Shown one piece after another: positions 8,304 to 17,365 of a stretch of DNA of 64,000 nucleotides. The first letter of the stretch is position 1. The number at the start of each line of letters is the position of its first letter. The DNA comes from Bdellovibrionales bacterium (GTDB lineage Bacteria; Bdellovibrionota; Bdellovibrionia; Bdellovibrionales; UBA1609): the NCBI GenBank assembly GCA_965200025.1, contig OZ241325.1, positions 1,742,000 to 1,805,999 of the forward strand, given 5' to 3'. A program made the translations under genes and the position numbers. The notes beneath the pieces were generated by a model. That model made no database searches. It saw nothing but the letters and a program-made list of their open reading frames with translations, and was not told the DNA's origin.

Positions 8304-9833
8304 ATGGGTAATGGGGCAGCCTCTTTTTTTTTCCCTCTGCTTTGTGGGCTTTTGCTTTTGGGCGGGGGTTCTTTATATGGGGCTTCGGAAGAGGAAGGCA
8401 TTACAGAGCTGAAGTCTTTGGCCCTTTATGTGGGGCTTCACTCGGATTATGATTTGCCTTTGGATTTAAGAAAAAAAAATCTTTCTTTTGAGGGAACTTA
8501 CAAAAGATACACCGCTCTTCAATACAACAAAAAAGCGGGTGTGATACGGTTTAAGCCCAAACGGGTGGGCCTGGGGGTTCTTAACATTAAGGATGCCTCA
8601 TCGGGCCAGATTTTAAAAAAGCTTAATTTAAGGGTGCGTAAAACCGATCTTCAGGAGACGGCCCGGGAGGTGCAGGCCCTGCTGAAAACCGTGGATGGAG
8701 TGGGCATTAAAATTTTAAACAACCGGGTGGTGGTGGATGGGGAGATTGTGGTTCCCAGAGATATGAGAAGAGTCCACGCGGTGGTGAAAGAATATGGGGG
8801 CAAGGTGGGTTCTCTTGTGACTTTAAGCCCCCTGGCCCAACAGAAGCTTGCCAAGTTTATGGAAAAGGAAATCAACAACCCCAAAATCACAGTGGATGCC
8901 AAAAACATGTCTTTTATTTTAAAGGGCCAGGTGGAAAGCCAGGTGGAAAGCGACAATGCTGCAGAAATTGCAGCCCTTTATCTTCCGGACTATATTACCG
9001 ATCTGGCCATTAAGGACAGCAAAGTCAAAGAGGTGAACAGAAACCCCATTATCAATCAAATTGTGGTGAAGGAAAAAAAACCAGAGGGTCCCCGGGACGA
9101 CCGAAAAAAACTCATTCAGCTGATTGTGCATTATGTGGAGCTGAACAAGGACTATTCCAACAGTTTCCGGTTCCATTGGAATCCGGGTTTAAACGATGGT
9201 TCCAATTTTAGTTTTTACACCGGGTCCAGTGGCCTGGCTCAGATCGGGGGTATGATATCAGGAACCATTAGCAATTTTATTCCCAAGCTCAACTGGGCCA
9301 AGGCTTTTGGTTTTGCCCGTATTCTTCACACCGCCAATGTGACAACAGAAAATGGGGCCACTGCCAAAATTAATACGGTTAAGGAAATTCCTTATTTCAG
9401 CACCAAATCGGAGTCCGGGGATAAAACCACGGATAAAGCCAGTGTCACAATGAACTTGAGCATGACACCTCATATTCAGGGTCCCATGAAAGACAGTATT
9501 CGCTTAAGCAAGGTGACTTTTACCATTACCAATATAGTGGGGACAGGAAGTGCCGGTCCCATTACCAATCAACGAACAGTGGATACTGCAATCCATGTGC
9601 AAAACGGCTTAAGTGCCGTGCTGGGGGGGGCTATCAGCAATTTGAGTTTTACAGACTACAACCGGGAACCACCAGGCTCCTCCCCCAATCCCATATTGTC
9701 TTTTCTTTCCGCCAAAAAATTTAACCGGTCCCAAAACCAGTTTGTTGTTTTTATCACACCCATTATAAAGGCCTCGGCCTCCAGTGGGGTTCATCGTATC
9801 AAAAAGAAATTTCATTTGTATTCAGAGAAATAA
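8304..9833 (+). CDS. cpaC: Tad secretin CpaC/RcpA
   Basis: Signal peptide. BON/secretin-N-like repeats. C-terminal secretin core ending NQFVVFITPIIK. Confidence 0.85.
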   Translation: MGNGAASFFFPLLCGLLLLGGGSLYGASEEEGITELKSLALYVGLHSDYDLPLDLRKKNLSFEGTYKRYTALQYNKKAGVIRFKPKRVGLGVLNIKDASSGQILKKLNLRVRKTDLQETAREVQALLKTVDGVGIKILNNRVVVDGEIVVPRDMRRVHAVVKEYGGKVGSLVTLSPLAQQKLAKFMEKEINNPKITVDAKNMSFILKGQVESQVESDNAAEIAALYLPDYITDLAIKDSKVKEVNRNPIINQIVVKEKKPEGPRDDRKKLIQLIVHYVELNKDYSNSFRFHWNPGLNDGSNFSFYTGSSGLAQIGGMISGTISNFIPKLNWAKAFGFARILHTANVTTENGATAKINTVKEIPYFSTKSESGDKTTDKASVTMNLSMTPHIQGPMKDSIRLSKVTFTITNIVGTGSAGPITNQRTVDTAIHVQNGLSAVLGGAISNLSFTDYNREPPGSSPNPILSFLSAKKFNRSQNQFVVFITPIIKASASSGVHRIKKKFHLYSEK

Positions 9834-9858
9834 AATTTTTTAAGGGAAAGGAAGAGCC

Positions 9859-12108
9859 ATGGTGGTCCATCAAAAATGTCATATTATAGCCGTTACCGGA
9901 GGCAAAGGGGGTGTGGGCAAAAGTGTTCTGGCTGCCAACCTGGCTCTTGCCATACAAAAAGAGATGCGGGCTTCTGTTTTGCTGGTGGATTTGGATTCCA
10001 AAAGCTGTGGGGATCAGAGTGTAATTTTGGGTGTAAGGCCAGTGAAAACAGTTTTGGACATGTCCCGTTTTTCAGGATCTTTAAATCAGCAAAACTTAAA
10101 CCAGTTTTTTGCCTATCACAAAACCGGGCTGGCTTACCTGGGGGCTGTGAGTGGTCCGGAGCAAAGCCTGTCTGCGGATCCTGCACTGTTCAGCAAACAG
10201 TTGTTTGGAATCTCGCAGTACTTTAAATACATTGTGGTGGATGTGGGCTGCCTTCTTCAGCCTCTTCAGATGGTGGTTTTGGAATCTGCCAGTGCCATTT
10301 TGGTCACCCTGGAGCCGGAGATTTTGGTGGTCAATCAGACCAAAAGAATTTTAAACGAAATGAGTGAGGCCACTTTGCCCTCTCAGCTGTTTCAGATTGT
10401 TATTAATCAGGCCCACTCTTCCGGGCTTTCCGCAGGGGCCATTGCCTCAAGCCTCAGGCTTCCCATTATAGCCGCTTTACCAAGGGAGGAGGCCACCTCA
10501 AGGGCAGCTCTTCAGGGTTCAGCCCCTTTTGTGTTTTCTCACCCCCAGTCCCCTTTGTCCCAAGCCTACCACGATATGGTTCGAAGACTTTTGGGCGGGG
10601 TGGTGCAAAAAAACAAAGCCCTTTTGCGTCCAAAAAAAGCTTCTGATTCCCCTTCCGTTTCTGAAACCTCTTTATCCCCGGGGGAAAAAAAACCCCCGGG
10701 GGCAAAAACCCTCCACCCCATAACTTTGTTAAAAATGCAAATTCACACAGAGTTGATTAAAGAAATGGATTTAAAAAAAGATCTCACCAAAGCCAGGGAT
10801 GAGGCCAGTCAGCAGGAGCTGAAACGAAAAACACAAATTGTGGTCTCCAAACTGGTGGACCGAAGAGGGGGGCAGTTTTCCCGTCAGGAAAGAAGCCAGG
10901 TGATAAAACAGGTTTTGGCAGAGGCCCTGGGCCTTGGGCCTTTGGAAGATCTGCTCCAGGATCCTCAGGTGACAGAGGTGATGGTGAATGGTTGCGATCA
11001 GATTTTTTGTGAAAGGAGTGGAAAGCTTCAGATATCCCCTGTGACTTTTACCTCCAACCAGCAGTTAAGAAATGTGATTGAAAGAATCGTTACCCCTTTG
11101 GGGCGAAGGATAGATGAGAAGACCCCTTATGTGGATGCCCGGCTGGCCGATGGTTCCCGGGTGAATGCAGTGATTGAGCCTTTGGCCATTGATGGTCCTG
11201 CTGTGACCATTCGTAAATTTCCCCAGGACCGGGTGACTGTGGATGATTTGGTGAGCCGTTTTGCTTCCATGACCTCCTCCATGGCGGAGTTTATTAAAAT
11301 CTGTGTGGAGCAGGGTTTGAATATTGTGATTTCAGGAGGTACGGGTTCGGGGAAAACCACTTTGTTAAATGTTTTGTCCGGCTTTATCCCCGCCAATGAG
11401 AGAATTATCACTGTGGAGGATGCTGCAGAACTTCAGCTGAAACAGGAGCATGTGGTGAGACTGGAGACCCGGCCGGCCAATATGGAAGGCACCGGAGAGG
11501 TGACCATTCGCGATCTGATTAGGAATTCTTTAAGAATGCGTCCGGACAGAATTGTTGTGGGGGAGTGCAGAGACGGGGCGGCTCTCGATATGCTTTCGGC
11601 CATGAACACCGGCCACGATGGTTCCATGACCACCGTTCACGCCAACAACCCCAGAGAGGCCGTATCCCGCCTGGAAACTCTGTGTCTGATGGCGGGGATG
11701 GAACTCCCTGTGAAGGCCATTCGCGAGCAAATTGCAGGGGCCGTGAATATGATTATTCAAATTGGAAGATTAAGCGATGGCACACGGAAAATCAAAAGTA
11801 TTACAGAAGTGGTGGGTTTTCAGTCTGACACTGTGACTTTGCAGGAGATTTTTAGATTTAAAGAGGCGGGCTTTGACAAAAACCGTAAAATCACCGGTCA
11901 GTTTCAGGCCATGGGAATGATTCCCTCCTTTATTGAAAAGTTTGAACAAAAAGGACTGAAAATCCCCCGATCTCTTTTCACCACCAGCTCCACCTCCCAG
12001 GCCCCAAATCAAAAAAAATCCCTGCTCAGTAACAAATCCCCCCTGGGGGGCCTGAAGAAAAAACCCGCCTTAAGACCTTTTGCACCGGGAGTGAAAAAAG
12101 CCTCATGA
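9859..12108 (+). CDS. cpaF: Fusion protein: CpaE/TadZ-like ParA/MinD ATPase domain (about 9859-10596) joined to CpaF/TadA secretion ATPase (about 10714-12108)
   Basis: N-terminal deviant Walker A VTGGKGGVGKS with LLVDLD. S/P/K-rich linker. C-terminal T2SSE core (VMVNG, Walker A ISGGTGSGKTTLLN at about 11335, ITVEDAAEL, His box TGHDGSMTTVHAN). Confidence 0.85.
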   Translation: MVVHQKCHIIAVTGGKGGVGKSVLAANLALAIQKEMRASVLLVDLDSKSCGDQSVILGVRPVKTVLDMSRFSGSLNQQNLNQFFAYHKTGLAYLGAVSGPEQSLSADPALFSKQLFGISQYFKYIVVDVGCLLQPLQMVVLESASAILVTLEPEILVVNQTKRILNEMSEATLPSQLFQIVINQAHSSGLSAGAIASSLRLPIIAALPREEATSRAALQGSAPFVFSHPQSPLSQAYHDMVRRLLGGVVQKNKALLRPKKASDSPSVSETSLSPGEKKPPGAKTLHPITLLKMQIHTELIKEMDLKKDLTKARDEASQQELKRKTQIVVSKLVDRRGGQFSRQERSQVIKQVLAEALGLGPLEDLLQDPQVTEVMVNGCDQIFCERSGKLQISPVTFTSNQQLRNVIERIVTPLGRRIDEKTPYVDARLADGSRVNAVIEPLAIDGPAVTIRKFPQDRVTVDDLVSRFASMTSSMAEFIKICVEQGLNIVISGGTGSGKTTLLNVLSGFIPANERIITVEDAAELQLKQEHVVRLETRPANMEGTGEVTIRDLIRNSLRMRPDRIVVGECRDGAALDMLSAMNTGHDGSMTTVHANNPREAVSRLETLCLMAGMELPVKAIREQIAGAVNMIIQIGRLSDGTRKIKSITEVVGFQSDTVTLQEIFRFKEAGFDKNRKITGQFQAMGMIPSFIEKFEQKGLKIPRSLFTTSSTSQAPNQKKSLLSNKSPLGGLKKKPALRPFAPGVKKAS

Positions 12109-12998
12109 AAGAAATACTGAGCACTCTTTTTTTGCATCCCTTTGTTTTGTCTTTAATCCTGGGGCTTTTGGTTTTTATTTTTGTCTATATCCGGCTTCCG
12201 GGGATGAGGCGGTTTTTTAAAACCAAAACCCTGCAGTCTCAGGAAGAAGTTTTAAAAATTATGGAGATGATGATGATCAGCACAAAGCCGGACAAGGTGG
12301 TGCTTTGGTTGTGGATTATGGGTTTGGGCTTTGGCTTTATGGTTTTTTTGGTCTTGTGGCCTTATTTTTTATTGGGCCTGGGGGCAGCAGCCATAGCTTT
12401 TTTAATCTCCTGGATGGGGGCCGGTAAAATTATGAAAAGCCTTTGGGAAAAACGATGCGATCAGGTGGTGGAGCAGATGGTGGAGGGACTGACCATTATG
12501 ACCAATGGGGTGAAAGTGGGCTTAAGTGTCACCCAATCCATGGATCGGGTGATTAAGGGGATGGGTAAAGGCCCTTTGGTGCAGGAGTTTCGCCTGGTTT
12601 TAAACAAGGTGCGTTTGGGTATGAGTGTGGAGGAGGCTTTAAATGAAATGGGGGAGCGTATAGACAGAGCCGATGTGATGATGATGGTGACCGCCATTAA
12701 CATTTTAAAGGAAACCGGGGGCAACATTGCAGAAACCCTGTCCATGATTGCTGAGACCATTCGGGACCGGCAAAAAGTGGAAAACAAAATCAAGGCTCTT
12801 ACCGCCATGGGTACCATGCAGGCACAAATTATCTCTGCCGTGCCTTTATTGCTTTTGCTGGTGATGTTTTTTACCAACAAACAATACGCCCTTCTTATGC
12901 TGACCACTCCTTTAGGCTGGATCAGTCTGGGTATTATTTTGTTTTTAATTGTTTTGGGTGGTTTTTTGATGAAGAAAGCGGTTACAATTGCCGTATAG
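12105..12998 (+). CDS. Tad platform protein, T2SSF family (TadB/TadC-like). This is the only copy in the locus.
   Basis: Polytopic membrane protein with a cytoplasmic T2SSF-like domain (GLSVTQSMDRVIKG .. ALNEMGERI). Start overlaps the cpaF stop (ATGA). Confidence 0.8.
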   Translation: MKEILSTLFLHPFVLSLILGLLVFIFVYIRLPGMRRFFKTKTLQSQEEVLKIMEMMMISTKPDKVVLWLWIMGLGFGFMVFLVLWPYFLLGLGAAAIAFLISWMGAGKIMKSLWEKRCDQVVEQMVEGLTIMTNGVKVGLSVTQSMDRVIKGMGKGPLVQEFRLVLNKVRLGMSVEEALNEMGERIDRADVMMMVTAINILKETGGNIAETLSMIAETIRDRQKVENKIKALTAMGTMQAQIISAVPLLLLLVMFFTNKQYALLMLTTPLGWISLGIILFLIVLGGFLMKKAVTIAV

Positions 12999-13009
12999 AT
13001 ACTTGGGAG

Positions 13010-14680
13010 GTGAGTATGAAAAAGCTGTTTTTCTTTTTGGCACTGGGGGTTTTTACCTCTTTGGCACCCGCTTTTGTGGATACAAAAAATGCCGGCTACA
13101 CCAAGTCTTATCTGGACATATCCCTTTCCAGTTCCAATTTGCCGCTTTTGATTCAACGCACCTATAACTCCCGTTCTTTGTATAAGGGCATGTTTGGTTA
13201 TGGGTGGTGTTCCAATCTGGAAACCCGTTTGGAGGTACGCCCCGATGGTTCCATTCTTGTGGTGGAATGCGGGGGGGGGAAAGAAGTCCTGTTTGTTTCC
13301 GGGGCGGGCCGGGGAAATGAATCCCTGATTGTGGGGAGTATTATGTCCAAAGTGCGAAAGAACAAAACTCTCACCCCCTCTTACATTAAAAAAGTGGAAA
13401 GGGATGTGAGAAAATCCAGCCTGCTTCAGTCAGAAATGATAAGGGCTTTAAACTTAAAGGGAAAAGCCAAAACCGGAAAAGCCTACAGGGCCATAGGACA
13501 GCTGAATGAGACCGTTCGGTTTCAGGGGAATCGCTATGTGCGAAAACTGGGTTCCGGGGAAGTGCAGATTTTTGACCGGGCGGGCCGTCTGGTGCAAAAC
13601 ATGGATGTCTCCGGCCACTGGATCAAAATTGACAGAAACCCCCAGGGTCAGGTTATTAAAGTGACAGACAACAAAGGAAGGGCTTTAAAGTTTCAACGGC
13701 CTTCAAAAAACCAGCTGGTGGTAAAAGGTTCCTCGCAGAAAGCCACTTATACAATAGACAACAAAGACAACCTGGTTCAGGCGGTCAATTCCAAAGGGGA
13801 GGTGTTTAAACACACCTACAACCGGTACCACAACCTCACCAGCACCCAATACTCCGATGGCACCACCGAAGTGCTGACTTACAATACAGAAAAAGACTGG
13901 GTGGTGGCCTTTAAAGACCGAAGGGGATGTAAGGAATCCTACAAATACCACAGCAATGCAAAATCCCGTAACCACTACTGGACCGATGTGAGAAAAATCT
14001 GCGGCACCAGAGTCACCAACAACAGCCGGTACGAGTTTTGGAACAAGGCTCATCCCTCTGGAGGACAGTACCTTTACCGGGCCCGGCAGAGGGAAAACAC
14101 CGGGGGAAGAAGTCTCGTTACAGATATGATTTTTGATCACAAAACAGGCTTTCCCCTTTCCACCACCCGCAATGGGCTTCGCACCCGCTTTCTGTACAAT
14201 GCCGACGGGACTTTAAAAACCCGGGTGGAAAAATCCAGAAAAGTGTTTTACTCCCATTACCACAGAAAGTGTAAAAAACCCGGCCAGGTTCGAATTCAAT
14301 ACCTTCAGGCCGGGGGAAAGAAAGTTCGTCGCCAGGTCAGCACTCTTCTTCAATACAGTCCCAACAAGTGTCATCTGGTAAAGGCTTCACAAAAGCAAAC
14401 CGGCCGGTGGGTGGCTGTAAAAAGGGATCTTCAGGGCCGGATTGTGGATATGTGGGATCAGTCCAAAAAGCGTATCCATGTGGCCTATAACGACAGAGTG
14501 GGCAAACCCCAAAGAATCACCCGCCCGGGTATTGGTTCTGTGGGTTTGATGTACGACAAGGATGGCAATGTGGATGCTTCAAAAACCAAAGCCGACCCGG
14601 CCATAACCCTTCAAATCACAGCTGTGTTTAATGGCTTTTTGGAAATCATCTCCCCTGTGGCCTCTGATGTCACCATTTAA
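13010..14680 (+). CDS. Secreted YD/RHS-repeat protein
   Basis: Signal peptide. RHS-type N-terminal motif RTYNSRSLYKGMFGYGWCSNLE. Repeated YD-like units (IFDRAGRLV, VTDNKGRAL, HTYNRYHNLTSTQYSDGT, LYNADGTL, MYDKDGNV). It begins 11 nt after the platform gene. Confidence 0.65.
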   Translation: MSMKKLFFFLALGVFTSLAPAFVDTKNAGYTKSYLDISLSSSNLPLLIQRTYNSRSLYKGMFGYGWCSNLETRLEVRPDGSILVVECGGGKEVLFVSGAGRGNESLIVGSIMSKVRKNKTLTPSYIKKVERDVRKSSLLQSEMIRALNLKGKAKTGKAYRAIGQLNETVRFQGNRYVRKLGSGEVQIFDRAGRLVQNMDVSGHWIKIDRNPQGQVIKVTDNKGRALKFQRPSKNQLVVKGSSQKATYTIDNKDNLVQAVNSKGEVFKHTYNRYHNLTSTQYSDGTTEVLTYNTEKDWVVAFKDRRGCKESYKYHSNAKSRNHYWTDVRKICGTRVTNNSRYEFWNKAHPSGGQYLYRARQRENTGGRSLVTDMIFDHKTGFPLSTTRNGLRTRFLYNADGTLKTRVEKSRKVFYSHYHRKCKKPGQVRIQYLQAGGKKVRRQVSTLLQYSPNKCHLVKASQKQTGRWVAVKRDLQGRIVDMWDQSKKRIHVAYNDRVGKPQRITRPGIGSVGLMYDKDGNVDASKTKADPAITLQITAVFNGFLEIISPVASDVTI

Positions 14681-15368
14681 TGTGATTCCTGTTTTGTGAT
14701 CTCAAAACTGGTCTTTGGGCTTTGTAAAATTTACAGAGGCTGTTTTAAAAAAACACAAAATTTCTTTTTTTGAAATCCTTATATTTGCCCTTTTTTTAAA
14801 TTTAAGAAGAAAAAAACAAAAAAAAGTTAAATTGTTCGGGGCTTTGGTTTTGAGTGGTTTTGCAGCTTGGGGAAGTAAAAAATTTTCATACTTTGTTTAA
14901 AAATTCTACAGTTTTCAGTGTGTGAAAAGGGTGGGTTTTTACATTTTTGAGGCCGGGGGTCTTCATTTTGCAGGACTTAAGCTTTGAGATGCAAAAATTT
15001 TATTTAAATTTAAGTGCCGGACAAAAAGCCCGGCTTTTGAGGTGGAGGATTCCCTTTCTTCTTCCCCGTTTGAGGGAGTGCTTTTCCTCAGCCCGGTTTT
15101 TATACATTGGGGCCGGGGAGGGGGAAGGCAGCCCTTCACAGACAAAAGTGTTTTCCCACAGGCTTCCTTATTTTTTTATTGGCACAAGGGTTTGTTTTCC
15201 TGTGCGGGGGGGGGAAAGTCTTTTGGGTTTTGTGCTGGTGTCGATGGTTTTAAATTTCCGGCAGGTGGAGCAGATCAGGGAAAGTATAGATGCCTGCCTG
15301 GGCCAGGGGGAAAGTCAAAGACAGGGAAGGGCTGGTTTTTTTTAAACCAATGATATAAACCAAAGGCT

Positions 15369-16322
15369 ATGAGGGCTTTTTTAAAATCGGCTTTAAAGGG
15401 GGCTTTTTACACTCTTACCCCTCTTCCCGGGGACGGGGGGGGGAGAAGTTATTTTCGTGTGCGGGGAAAAAGGGGCAAAGCCCTGGGAGTGGTGGTGCGG
15501 GCCACCTCCTTAAGTCAAAAAAAACTTTTTTTAAAACGCAGAGGGGAGCTGGTTCAATTAAAACTCCCTGTTCCCGGTCTGCACTTCACCCGCCCCTTCA
15601 GTCTTTACACCCTTTTGGAGGACCTGGGAGGTGAGGACTTAAAAAGCCCCTCTCACAGAATGCCCTACTACCGGCAGGCCATAGACAACCTGTTTGCCCT
15701 TCAAAACAAGGCCCGGGCTTTAAAATGGCCCCTGCATTCTTATCATCTTTTATTGAAGGAAATGCTCTGGACAAAAACTTTTTTAATTAACAGATACCTC
15801 CGGCTCCCTTTAAAAAAACCTTTTTTAAGGGCCTGTTTAAAAGAGTGGAGGCATTTGTGTACAGATCTGGCGACAACAAGCCCTTATCTTCCTGGTCACA
15901 GGGATTTTCACAGTCAAAATTTAATGATCAAAAAAAACAGGGTGTATATGATTGATTTTCAGGATGCCTCTTTTTTACCCCCTCTTTACGATGTGGTCAG
16001 TTTGTTTTATGATCCTTATGCCGCTTTGTCCCCTTCAGAAAAAAAAAGGCTTTTAAGTTATATTTTTCATCACTCTTTAAAACCTTTTGCCGGGGGGTGG
16101 AAAAACATGGAGAAGGAATGGAAACTGACAGGCATTCAAAGGCTTTTTAAGGCATGTGGTAATTTTGCGGAGTTTTATGTTTTGAAAAACAAAAGCACTC
16201 ATTTAAAATATATAAAACCCTCTTTAAAAGAAACAGAGTGTATGCTTCGTCAAATAAAAACTTACCCGAGCTTTTTAAAACTCACAGGGCTTTTGATAAA
16301 AAGGCTTCCCTCTTGGCCTTAA
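15369..16322 (+). CDS. APH-family sugar/aminoglycoside phosphotransferase (AmgK-like anomeric MurNAc/GlcNAc kinase by context)
   Basis: Kinase catalytic loop HRDFHSQNLMI and metal-binding IDFQDA. Followed by a nucleotidyltransferase gene. Confidence 0.6.
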   Translation: MRAFLKSALKGAFYTLTPLPGDGGGRSYFRVRGKRGKALGVVVRATSLSQKKLFLKRRGELVQLKLPVPGLHFTRPFSLYTLLEDLGGEDLKSPSHRMPYYRQAIDNLFALQNKARALKWPLHSYHLLLKEMLWTKTFLINRYLRLPLKKPFLRACLKEWRHLCTDLATTSPYLPGHRDFHSQNLMIKKNRVYMIDFQDASFLPPLYDVVSLFYDPYAALSPSEKKRLLSYIFHHSLKPFAGGWKNMEKEWKLTGIQRLFKACGNFAEFYVLKNKSTHLKYIKPSLKETECMLRQIKTYPSFLKLTGLLIKRLPSWP

Positions 16323-17359
16323 AAGCTCTTTTACTGTGTGCGGGCCGGGGAAAAAGATTCGCCCCTTACACCAAAGTGCTTCCCAAGCCTTTGCTTCCCT
16401 TTTTAAACCTGCCGCTTGTGTCTTACAGTATCCACCTGTTAAAAAGCCTGGGGGTTTTGCAGTTTGTGGCCAATCTTCACAGCCACCCCGGGCTTTTAAA
16501 AAAAACCTTAAAAGCCCGGGCAAAAAAAGCCCGCCTCAAGCCTCCGGTTTTTAGCTATGAACCCTGTCTCCTGGGTTCTGCCGGAACTTTACATCACTTA
16601 AGGTCTTTTTTTGAAAAGGAAGAGCATTTTTATTATCTGAATGGGGACAGCCTGTGTTTTCCCTTTGATTCGAAAGCCCTTAAAGATTTTTACACCGCTC
16701 ACCGGAAAAGCCGGGCCCTGGTGAGTTTTTTATGTACGCCCTCTTTAAAAACAACCGGTGTGCTTTGGACCAATGCCCGGGGACGGGTGGGTTCTTTTTT
16801 TAAAAAAAGCCTTAAGTTTTCAAAGCCCTGTCATTTTGTGGGGCTGGCTTTGTTTTCCCGGAAAATTTTTAAATGGCTCAAAGCCGGTGATGTGCATATT
16901 TTTAAAGATGTTCTTCACCCCCGATGCCTTCATCTTAACTTAAGGGCTTTTGTTTTGCCCTCTCAAACACATCCCTCCCCTTGTGCCCTTTGGCTGGGGG
17001 ATATGAATCAACTCTCCACTTATCTGAAAGCCCACCACTCAGCCCTTCAGCTTTTGCTTCAAAACCGCCCGGGTCCGGGAGATTTTTTAAGGGGGGTTTT
17101 AAATGATTTTTCCCCCGGGTGGGACCGGTTTTGTGGGGCAAATTATTTTTCCGCCACCCCTGTGGGAAATTCCTTAAAAAACAAAAAGGCTTTGTTGTTT
17201 TGTGGCAAAGGGGTGAAAGGCCTGCACCGGCTTTCCATTAAAGGTTTTGCTGTACTGGGCAGCAGCTGTGTTTTAAGTCCCGGGGCCAGTGTTTGCCGGT
17301 CGGTTTTAAATCACCAGGGGCTTTTAAATCACGAGCTCTCAGACACTCTTCTTCTTTAG
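16238..17359 (+). CDS. Sugar-1-phosphate nucleotidyltransferase (MurU/GCD1-like). The true start is probably internal, e.g. TTG at 16313.
   Basis: LLLCAGRGKRFAPYTKVLPKPLL is the NTP-transferase G-x-G-x-R-x loop. The ORF's 5' part overlaps the upstream kinase. Confidence 0.6.
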   Translation: MYASSNKNLPELFKTHRAFDKKASLLALKALLLCAGRGKRFAPYTKVLPKPLLPFLNLPLVSYSIHLLKSLGVLQFVANLHSHPGLLKKTLKARAKKARLKPPVFSYEPCLLGSAGTLHHLRSFFEKEEHFYYLNGDSLCFPFDSKALKDFYTAHRKSRALVSFLCTPSLKTTGVLWTNARGRVGSFFKKSLKFSKPCHFVGLALFSRKIFKWLKAGDVHIFKDVLHPRCLHLNLRAFVLPSQTHPSPCALWLGDMNQLSTYLKAHHSALQLLLQNRPGPGDFLRGVLNDFSPGWDRFCGANYFSATPVGNSLKNKKALLFCGKGVKGLHRLSIKGFAVLGSSCVLSPGASVCRSVLNHQGLLNHELSDTLLL

Positions 17360-17365
17360 TGGTTT

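Noticed and set aside
12461-13156. 231-aa minus-strand ORF across the tad platform gene and the start of the YD-repeat gene.
   Set aside because: It is antisense to two well-supported plus-strand genes and its translation has no motif. Treated as spurious.
13703-14140. 145-aa minus-strand ORF inside the YD/RHS-repeat gene.
   Set aside because: The antisense shadow ORF has no recognisable motif of its own, whereas the plus-strand frame carries the YD repeats.
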